Shown one piece after another: positions 55,695 to 64,000 of a stretch of DNA of 64,000 nt. The position numbers and the translations under genes were made by a program. Each line of letters starts with the position of its first letter. The stretch's first letter is position 1. Where the stretch lies: assembly GCA_977862235.1 (NCBI GenBank), contig OZ374566.1, forward strand, positions 372,001 to 436,000. Reading direction: 5' to 3'. The notes under the pieces are model-generated. The model was not told the origin of the DNA and did not search any database. It was given only the letters and a program-made list of their open reading frames with translations. The DNA is from Dudresnaya verticillata. Its lineage: Eukaryota.

Positions 55695-55932
55695 ATTCAA
55701 GGCAGAATAAGTCCTCGTATGAGACTGACGTGCCTAACGAGACTTGTATCATAATACGACAAGGTCAACCTTTAGACTTGAAGGAGGTGGAGAGAATACC
55801 CTTCAAGATGTACAGTGCAGCTTCTGACTTATTTATCGGCCATCTTCAGCACGAACGTTGGCAGGCACTTACTTTATAAATACCAGCAACTAACGATTTC
55901 TAAATGAATGGTGATGAAGAGTTCAAGATTTG

Positions 55933-57294
55933 TTAGGTTGTGTAGTCAGCATTGATCTCAACGTACTTATACGACAAATCGCATCCCCACGCCACGCCAG
56001 ATCCGGGACCCTCACCCACTCCCAAACTTATAACTACTGTGTCGTTTTCTGTCATGTAGTCCTCTGGGGACGCGTCGGCCTTCTCCTTCATGTACGCAGA
56101 AGCTGCAACTGGGTCGAAGGGTACGGGATTCCCTTCCTTCATAAGAAGGTGGTCGCCCATCATGATCTCCAGCTTGGCCACATCAATCTTCGCCGATGCC
56201 CTGCCTGCCGCAGCAGCTATTCTTCCCCAGTTCGGATCCCGCCCGTACACTGCTGCCTTTGTCAGGCTGGAACTCGCGACTGTCTTGGCGATGTCCCTCG
56301 CATCAGAGTCGGTCGCAGCACCTTCAACTCGCACTTCAAGCAGAATTGTCGCACCCTCACCATCTCTGGCGATGCTTTTCGCCAAAAAGACGCAAGTTTC
56401 CGTTAGCAACTCTTCCACTGCGACTGCCTCTGGTGTTCCCTCAGCAGCAACCTTGACTCCACTCGCCCCGCTACACATCGCACATACCACGTCATTGGTG
56501 GAGGTATCGCCATCGACGGTAATCGCATGGAAAGACTTATCCACCGCCCGAGCCAACATGCCCTGCCAGATCTCCCTCTCAACATCAGCATCGCACGTGA
56601 CAACGCCAAGCATGGTCGCCATATCTGGATGAATCATTCCAGAACCCTTGCACATCCCACCAACAGTCACCGTCTTCCCGCTAACCTCCGCCTGGAAGGC
56701 GACCTGTTTCATCTTCAGATCGGTGGTCATAATCGCCTGCGCGGCCGCTGTACCGGAGCCAATGTCATTCCCGGTCGCGGAAACGACCTCTGGAATAGCC
56801 TTCTGCATCTTTCCAATGTCGAATCGGCGCCCAATGACACCAGTCGAGCATAGAAAGACGTGCTGCGGTCCACACCCAATCGCCTGTGCGGCCGCCTCAG
56901 CGGTGGCAACAGCATCTCCCCAGCCCGCCGTGCCCGTGCCCGCATTCGCCTGCCCGGAGTTTAACACCACGGCAGCGACCTTGCCCCCCGTCGCAGCCAG
57001 GTTTTCGGCGGAGATATCCACTGGAGCGGCGCGCACTAGGTTCTTCGTGAATAGCGCTGCGGCTGTCACGGGCTTTGAGGACGATGGCATCACCAGCGCT
57101 AGATCCGGGAGCCCCGATGGCTTGAACCCTGCAGTGTGTCCCGCTGCTTTGAATCCCTGCGGGGCTGTCACCCCTGCATCAAGCTTCGTTGACATTTGCC
57201 AGGAGGGTGATGCGTTGCAGATGTTCGTCCTCGTCAGAGAGCCACCCAGGAAGGAAGGCAAACTAGCTGCTGCCTGGAAAGCGAAATGAGGCAT
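55933..57294 (-). CDS. argJ: Bifunctional ornithine acetyltransferase / N-acetylglutamate synthase, plastid-targeted
   Basis: NSGQANA, STGVIG, IMTTD, KGSGMIHPDMATML autocleavage site, DGDTSTND, DGEGAT, DPNWGR, GCDLSYKYVEINADYTT. Confidence 0.97.
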   Translation of the reverse strand: MPHFAFQAAASLPSFLGGSLTRTNICNASPSWQMSTKLDAGVTAPQGFKAAGHTAGFKPSGLPDLALVMPSSSKPVTAAALFTKNLVRAAPVDISAENLAATGGKVAAVVLNSGQANAGTGTAGWGDAVATAEAAAQAIGCGPQHVFLCSTGVIGRRFDIGKMQKAIPEVVSATGNDIGSGTAAAQAIMTTDLKMKQVAFQAEVSGKTVTVGGMCKGSGMIHPDMATMLGVVTCDADVEREIWQGMLARAVDKSFHAITVDGDTSTNDVVCAMCSGASGVKVAAEGTPEAVAVEELLTETCVFLAKSIARDGEGATILLEVRVEGAATDSDARDIAKTVASSSLTKAAVYGRDPNWGRIAAAAGRASAKIDVAKLEIMMGDHLLMKEGNPVPFDPVAASAYMKEKADASPEDYMTENDTVVISLGVGEGPGSGVAWGCDLSYKYVEINADYTT

Positions 57295-58269
57295 GTTGAG
57301 CTGATGAGTGCTGAAGTTGAACTGATACCGACGTGGTTCGTTTTGTTGCCCGCTTGCTAGACTTGAGCTATCGTGGCTGAGGGAGGCACGTACTTATTAG
57401 CCGTACTGCAAGGAGCGATAGCGAGAAAGAATGAGAACTCTCCTTTGAACAACGTGTGCTGAGCTGTCGATCAAACGAGGCCTAGCTCCCTTGTACGCAC
57501 GATGGCACTTCTGGTCCTGCCACGGACCAACTCTCTTCTCTGATGCGGATCAATGCAGAGGCTGGACGAGCACCGGACGATACAGTACACGTGCCGATCG
57601 AGAATTGCGAGATCAGGTTTTCTTGATACTTTTACAGGGCCACTCACACGCTCGTCCGCCCGACTCGATGGGAAGGATCTGCTTCCCTCCCGTTTGCAGT
57701 GCCGTTCATCGCCGATCTGCTGATACTGTAGCTCCGCAAATAAGTGCTGCTGCGCTGTCCGCGTCATTCTTGCTACGTGCTGAGATGTATCATCCGGGGA
57801 ACAGGAAGAGGGCGAAGAGATCCATACCCTGTAACTCTACCCAGCTGAGAATGACTACGCGCGCGCCATCTTCCCGTACTCGCACGCCCACGTTGCCACA
57901 AGTGCTCGATCACCCTCCCCATGACCTCTTCGCAAGCGAGCAGTTCTGAGCTTCCATTGAAGAACTCATGCCAGTAGCATACACAATTTGGCGCTTCCAA
58001 GGGAGGAGAATGTCGAGAAGACCAGAGCCTACTGTGATACCTGAATTACACCGCAGTCCCACCCATTCATGCTCTGTGAAACTATTGCAAAGGGGATTTC
58101 ACTTTCATCCGTGGCTTCATCCGTCTCCAAATCCCTGGAACTGCCAATCTCAGCCACTTGCAAGCAACTAGAAGCGCTGGGTAGAATGCCAGCCCCCAAT
58201 GTCTCCCCATTTTGGAGGCACCGCGAATAGTCCAAGATTTGCATTCTAAGCACACTTCTGCACCCATGT

Positions 58270-58773
58270 TCACCCAGCCTCAGCCCCAGTCACCTTCTTC
58301 CTCTTCTTCTTTGGCCGCGGTGCGTTGGGGTTGGTCCTTGTATAGAATTGTCCGAGCAACTCGACAGCTTCTTTCGCACAAACTCCACTCTCGACAACGG
58401 GAACGAACCCCCTTCCGTCTCTGCCGGCGTACAAATCCAGCCCACGGACGCTGCCGCACCCACCAAATCGTGGATTGGCGCAGCCAAACACAACGCGCCC
58501 GACCACGTTGACCTGCACGATGGCGCTCGCACACATCACACATGGCTCGCATGTCACGTACAGCGTAAGCGAGCCTCGCTTTGGTCGTTCAACTCCTGGA
58601 GCAGAAAGCGCCTCGAATGCTATCATTTCTGCGTGTGCTGTAGCGTCCCCGCGCTCGTTAGTCCGGTTCGAGCCTGTCGCGACTACATTTCCAGACTCAT
58701 CAATCAGCACACATCCTACCGGGACTTCTCCCCGGTCTAGAGCCGACCTTGCTTCACGAAGGGCTGCTTCCAT
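58270..58773 (-). CDS. ADAT2: tRNA-specific adenosine-34 deaminase catalytic subunit (TAD2/ADAT2)
   Basis: EVPVGCV, NRTNE...HAEM, LYVTCEPCVMC, NPRFGGCGSV, FYTRTNPNAP. Confidence 0.9.
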   Translation of the reverse strand: MEAALREARSALDRGEVPVGCVLIDESGNVVATGSNRTNERGDATAHAEMIAFEALSAPGVERPKRGSLTLYVTCEPCVMCASAIVQVNVVGRVVFGCANPRFGGCGSVRGLDLYAGRDGRGFVPVVESGVCAKEAVELLGQFYTRTNPNAPRPKKKRKKVTGAEAG

Positions 58774-59324
58774 TGTTTGATGACCATCCAAGCAAGCACC
58801 CGAACATGCGTGCACGACTTATCAGACTTTCTCCCACAGCTTTGCCACTGCGCCTCTGCAACTGATGCGTTTGCATGGCCGCCGCTCAGACAAGGTCCTG
58901 CAGTTCCGAGTTCAGGCCAAGCAAAATTTGTTCAAAAAGGATGTTTTTATTTACTCCTCTTCACACAGTAGACTTCATACCCTTCGCTGTGGACTGTGAA
59001 GGGCGCACCCTTCGGGTGTCCTTGGCTACCTTCGAAGGGCATCGTGAAGTGCTAAACAGAGCACGACAAGTTTGGACGCTGTTCGCAAGTCTACCCAAAT
59101 CCCCGCTGGTCGAGTTATCCTGCCACGATGACAATACCGCAACTATTACCCGTTTCGCGCAAGCCATGAGCATCTGGATCACCTCGCCTACAGACGACCT
59201 GCTTTTTTTCTTATTCATTCCTTTGTTCTCCCGTCTTCTTGGTGGCCAATACCAGGCTCTCGCAAAGCCAAGGCCGCATTTATTTTCTGTGCAGGACCGC
59301 ATCACATGATGATCTACCTTTACT

Positions 59325-60812
59325 TCAGTTCAAGGTCAATAAGTTGTCATTTTCAGACATCACAGAGTTAGGTATTTGCAGCGCTTCCCTGGCCACGCTT
59401 GCTAATGATTGCAATGCCTCCTGGCTGTCTGCGGAAATCAGCTCCCGTGCTCTCTCGATGTCAGACCGGTATTCATCGAATCTCTCCAACGCTTTGTCTT
59501 GCTTCTTCTCAAAGTTGTCAACCGTTTTCTTGAACTTCAAGACTTCTTCCAAAAGCCTTTCCTGTACTGCTTTCGATTCAGACTGCTTTTCCTGTTCTAT
59601 CCGAAGGTACTTTGTTGCCTCTTGGACAAGAGCAGCTTCCTTCTCTTCCCAGGAGCGGTCCTCATTAGCGTGCAGCAACTCGTATTCATCGCCTTGCTCA
59701 CGCATCCGGTTGAGCTTCATCTGAACTGAGACTGCAACCCTTTCAAGATGTTCTTTGTCACGAAGGCTTTCATTAGCCTCATTTTCACGCTCCTTCAATG
59801 TTTCCTTGGCACGCTCGTTTTCTTCGCGGAGCTCCCGAACACGTTCTTGCTGAGCGACGACCGTCTCTGCAGTGGATATCACCTTGTCAATTTCTTGTGC
59901 GCATTTATTCGAAGCAGCAGCTCTTTGCCTCAAACTGCGACTACGCTTCTCCATGCTACTAATGTTTTCCGTTTCCGTCTCGACAGTTGACTGCATTCTG
60001 CCCATCTCACTCTGTATCCTGTCTGGTGAGGCGACTACACGTGGTCGCAGCTGGTCTATCTCTTCTGTCTCCGCCATGCGCTTCACCTTTAGAGCTGCCG
60101 CATACTCCATTGATTCAGACAGAGCCGCTTTAGTTTCTCTTGTATGCTCAGCCAGTTCGAGCTGCTGCTTGTGGAGCGAGCTCAGCTTGAGGCCCAGGTC
60201 TGCCACCAGCTCGCGAAGCGTCTCAACTTCGGGTTCATCCTGCGAACGGAGTGTCTCTATTTCGGCAATTTCATGCTCCAGACCGGACCTGTCCGCAATG
60301 CTTCTATTTTCTTTCTCGGCAAGGTCGTCAGCGTTAGCAGTAATTTCCTCAAACAGGGCTAGGCGGGACTGTCGGAACTTCATGAAGTTGATCATTGCAG
60401 ATATCTGCCAATGAAAGCGGGTCTTCTCCGGGGCATGGATGTCACGTATGCAGAACTCAGGAAAGTTGGCGTCAAAGAACATCTGCTGGGCCTGTCGGAA
60501 GTACTGTAGCTTCGGGATGGCGTCCTCGTACAGGTCAGGGTTGTCGACAAAATCCAGGCAGCCAAAGCCGGGCTGGCCGAAGTCTTCTGACCGCTTTTCG
60601 TAAATTTCTTGAATGAAGAAGTCGCTTACGTCCTTGAAGGTATTTGCGGATGGGTCGCGGAAAACTTCCCGGGTTATCGGGTGGTTAAACTGGTCCATGT
60701 CCACCTGTATTTCGTCAAACGGCATTCGCGGGAACTGGAAAGCTGTTTTCGGCTCTGGTGCCGACTCCATGCGGTCGCCTGGTCGGCCACGCGCTCTCGC
60801 TGCGGGAGGCAT
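59325..60812 (-). CDS. NUF2: Kinetochore protein NUF2
   Basis: FQFPRM N-terminus, F.IRDI.APE..R....SAMINFMKFR CH-domain end, VVASPDRI, long coiled coil. Confidence 0.88.
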   Translation of the reverse strand: MPPAARARGRPGDRMESAPEPKTAFQFPRMPFDEIQVDMDQFNHPITREVFRDPSANTFKDVSDFFIQEIYEKRSEDFGQPGFGCLDFVDNPDLYEDAIPKLQYFRQAQQMFFDANFPEFCIRDIHAPEKTRFHWQISAMINFMKFRQSRLALFEEITANADDLAEKENRSIADRSGLEHEIAEIETLRSQDEPEVETLRELVADLGLKLSSLHKQQLELAEHTRETKAALSESMEYAAALKVKRMAETEEIDQLRPRVVASPDRIQSEMGRMQSTVETETENISSMEKRSRSLRQRAAASNKCAQEIDKVISTAETVVAQQERVRELREENERAKETLKERENEANESLRDKEHLERVAVSVQMKLNRMREQGDEYELLHANEDRSWEEKEAALVQEATKYLRIEQEKQSESKAVQERLLEEVLKFKKTVDNFEKKQDKALERFDEYRSDIERARELISADSQEALQSLASVAREALQIPNSVMSENDNLLTLN

Positions 60813-61147
60813 TGTGCCTTTCCAAAGATGTCTTTTCGTCGTTAGAGGTCAGGCAGTTGCAGGAAGCGATGAGATCAAGCACTATTCACGAGCAAGGACC
60901 AGCAACAACCTGCCCCTGATACGAACCAAAATACCACAGATGAAAGTGGTCTTAAAAGAGGATGGAGATGCTTCTTTGCCAGGTGGCCATGCCTCCTTGC
61001 CGGTTGTTGGTGGGTCGTGGAAGTGGAAACAGCAAACTCCCATTACTGTTGAGGGACGGCACGAAACGTAACGCGAGTACGAAGGAGCACCGCGTCTCGT
61101 GCAGCGCGAGGGAATTTTGAGTTTTCGAATATTCGGGAGGTCGAGAT

Positions 61148-61157
61148 TTTGGCGGGA
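61148..61157. promoter_or_regulatory. E2F-like site TTTGGCGGGA upstream of NUF2
   Basis: Matches TTTSSCGS; about 340 bp upstream of a cell-cycle gene, near TTCGAA. Confidence 0.35.
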
Positions 61158-62523
61158 TTGACTACGAGGGCCAAACCTTCTTCAGGCACAGCCAACCACT
61201 CGCCAATACCGCAGCAGCCGTTTCGCAGCCTTACAAACCTCGCAAATGCCCTGTTTCACACTTTGTACTCGAAACTATCCGCACTTTGGATATCTGCTAT
61301 CGCTGTTTTGACACAAATATCCTTGGTACAACAGGAGCTTCGACAAAAAGATACGAGGAATGCAGCGAGTATACAATCATAAAGTCGTAGTGTAGCATAA
61401 ATTGGTCATGAACAGGGACATTGACGGACTGCTATCACACTGTTGAGAGATTTTGGAGACCAAAGTGCCTCTCTTGCTATCATAGAGGCTAGATGAGCAG
61501 GAAGGTTGTAGGCCACTCGTTTGTACACTTCGAAGATGTGGAAGAGACCCTAAGCCATCCGCCTTTCAGTAGTAAGAGAATCCTTACCTCCCCCAACATC
61601 TATGAACTGCGCCTCTTGTCTGTCTCAGATTAATTTCCGCATTCGTACTGAACAGCTACCATTTTCATACGGTTTCTTGTTCAGCTGACACTTACAATAT
61701 TGGTTGAGAAACAGATAGAAACTGCTATTTGGTCCACGATATGGACTAACGGCCCAACCGCTCTCCGAGATGGGGTGGGGTAAACAAGCCCCTGTCGCCA
61801 CAGTACCTTTTCACAGTCAAACGGCGACCCAAAGCCGCCTATTCGAAGCAAATGTTTAGCCTCTTTTGTTGCGTACATGCTCTCAAGCAATGTCGAGAGA
61901 TGCTTCTCCCAAGAATTATTTTTGGCGTCGTAAAAGAGGGGCGCCTCGTGACTCGTTTGGAAGACAAGGATCTCCCGCCAATACCTTTCGTTGTTAGACC
62001 AAAACATCGAAAAATCATGATTACAGCGCAATGCCGAAGGTGATCTACGTAACCATCTTTTCCCGGAGTATAACAGTGCACAACTGTTTTATACTAGAAT
62101 GCATTATGGGCCTTTCCGAGCCACGTCACCTTTGCTTTTTTGAACAGTCCGTGATAGGGTTCTGATCTGTATCACAGATCCTACTCCGAGGCCTGACTTG
62201 CCTTTGTATGTATCAAAATCAGCCTTCCGGGATGGCATGTCATTTTCAATCATGAAATCAAACAGAACTAACATATTGTGACTACTATGCAGCCAACTCT
62301 CCCTGATGACGGTATATTATTTCATTGACCGACTGCCATACAGCCAGCTGGATTGCTTGGATTGAACTGTGCAACCCAAAGAATGAAGAACCTCCTGAGC
62401 ATATTCGCAGGAACTTGAAAAAAACAACAAAACTTCCTTCAGCAACACCAACACTTTTCAAGTTTCCTCGTCGATCAAAGCACTCTCAAGAACAACTTTC
62501 TTTGCTCCTTTGCGGATACTAAG

Positions 62524-63372
62524 ATGTCTGAGCGGAAAACAGCACTCTTATTTTTGCTCTTCCTGTTATTTTCCAGAGCAGCAGGCACGTCACACTCTGC
62601 AGGGAAAATGAAGCATTTGTCGTCTCGAAACGTCCTTAACATGTGGGAAGGATTTACTTGGGCAAATACTGTCGAAGATGACATTAAGGACATCGGCATC
62701 AATGAAGCGTCATGTGATTTAACATTAGCGGCACACTCTAATCGCGTTTTGACTGAAGTGAAGAACCCTTACGCCTTCCTATCCAAGCTAGACGCAACGG
62801 ATCTGTGTCGCAACAAATTTACTCGGAAAGTCGACTTCGAGACAAAGGGCTTCATTGCACGAGGCTGCTCGTCCGAAACGACGAGAATGTCAATCCGAGT
62901 ATCTTTAAAATTGACAGAGTTTGTCAAAGCATCAATTTACTTTGATATTGATGTTCCTGTCGAAAGTAATGTTCCAGTTCTACAAGGATCGTTCTCTGAT
63001 ACCTGTCGTGTTATTGCTCGAGACGGCCGGAAATTTGTATTTCTGAAGCATGTTGACGTTTACGAGAGCGCAATTGATTCAGCTCCCGGAGAAAACTATT
63101 TTTCGCCAACGACGTCTATTTCCTCAATGCTTGAGTTCGGAGCCAGGGAAATTATTCTCGACGTTCACAATGAGGCTCCGCTACAAATATATATTGTTCT
63201 GTCTTGTTCTGGGAAGCCGGAGCTGGGAACTACTTCGGTAAAATACTGCGCTACTGAGAACGTTGGGAACGTCAGGAAGCTCCTAACTGAGCTTGGCGTT
63301 GAACCAAATCGAGCCCGTTCCTTCATGGTAGCAGGATTTCCTGCCTCCCACTTTACTGAGACGAGACGATAA
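62524..63372 (+). CDS. Hypothetical secreted protein, lower GC than neighbouring genes
   Basis: 282-aa ATG ORF in AT-richer DNA, where chance ORFs are short; signal peptide ALLFLLFLLFSRAAG; several Cys. Confidence 0.6.
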   Translation: MSERKTALLFLLFLLFSRAAGTSHSAGKMKHLSSRNVLNMWEGFTWANTVEDDIKDIGINEASCDLTLAAHSNRVLTEVKNPYAFLSKLDATDLCRNKFTRKVDFETKGFIARGCSSETTRMSIRVSLKLTEFVKASIYFDIDVPVESNVPVLQGSFSDTCRVIARDGRKFVFLKHVDVYESAIDSAPGENYFSPTTSISSMLEFGAREIILDVHNEAPLQIYIVLSCSGKPELGTTSVKYCATENVGNVRKLLTELGVEPNRARSFMVAGFPASHFTETRR

Positions 63373-64000
63373 ATGTTGGGACTGCCAGGGTTGTCGCTGA
63401 TTGAATTTTGGAGTTGAAATCTGCCAGCCTCTATTCGGAAGAGTTCCATTTTGCTCTGCTCGCACATTTGAAAGCGTTTTGAGAGAGCCAAGGGCCTCTG
63501 CTGAGCTCGGGGTTACGTATATGATGCAGCAACGGAAAGTCCCTAGCTCCTAACATAGCATTATCTAGTCAAGAATGATTCAACATAGCTCGCAAATCTC
63601 AGGTTCCAAGGAATTAAAGCAGGGATGCCAGCGAGACCCTCTAATAAAGCAAGAAGTGGTGCGTCTAGTGTGTTAGAATGTTACGGGATGACTCTGATGT
63701 TTCCGGAAACGCTCGAAACAGCGACCATAGTGTTCGGGTCTTCCCTAGTGAGGTCCTCTTCTGGAAAGGGCTAAAGCGTAATTAGAGCAAAGCATGATCT
63801 TATGGAAATGCAGGGAAGCATAGATTCGGTAGGTCTAGTGGTCTATTAATACAGTACAACGCACAGTGCAAGCAGAAGCAATGCACGCCTGCGGCGCGTT
63901 CTTCCCAACGGTTCAACAGTTCCAGAAATTGCAAAATGCTGCACATTTATTGCATTTCCCGGCAATTCAGCTGCAGCACCGACGTGTGCATCTTTTCGTT

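Noticed and set aside
1..64000. tRNA, rRNA or spliceosomal snRNA genes
   Set aside because: No recognisable signatures by eye; an Infernal or tRNAscan run would be needed to exclude them.

Overview
Gene-dense, almost intron-free eukaryotic nuclear DNA. It is most consistent with a red alga, probably a florideophyte seaweed. That is an inference from MAF/MPHF-type plastid transit peptides, nuclear EPSPS/ArgJ/ThiO/CCB/Mbb1-like genes, a chondroitin-synthase-like GT and rare short GT-AG introns. About 26 protein genes can be supported: chondroitin-synthase-like GT, CCB2/4, EPSPS, zinc-ribbon protein, spliced PET100, cupin, SAPS-like, HAT/TPR, bL21, GSK3, SDH1, TIGR04283-like GT2, truncated photolyase-like, 6TM channel, spliced RPS6, RNASEK-like, TAF2, UBE2T-like, bHLH-GAF, C1D, ThiO, NRAMP, MOT1, ArgJ, TAD2 and NUF2, plus a few hypothetical ORFs. 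No rRNA, tRNA, CRISPR or intact mobile element was seen. Best leads: a bHLH fused to an NLP-like GAF domain and lacking the E-box glutamate; a Kv-scaffold channel with a TGEFP filter; a putative arsenosugar glycosyltransferase; a membrane-anchored DddK/ABP1-like cupin; and a recurrent intergenic TACAGTA motif. All family calls come from motif recognition by eye, not database searches.
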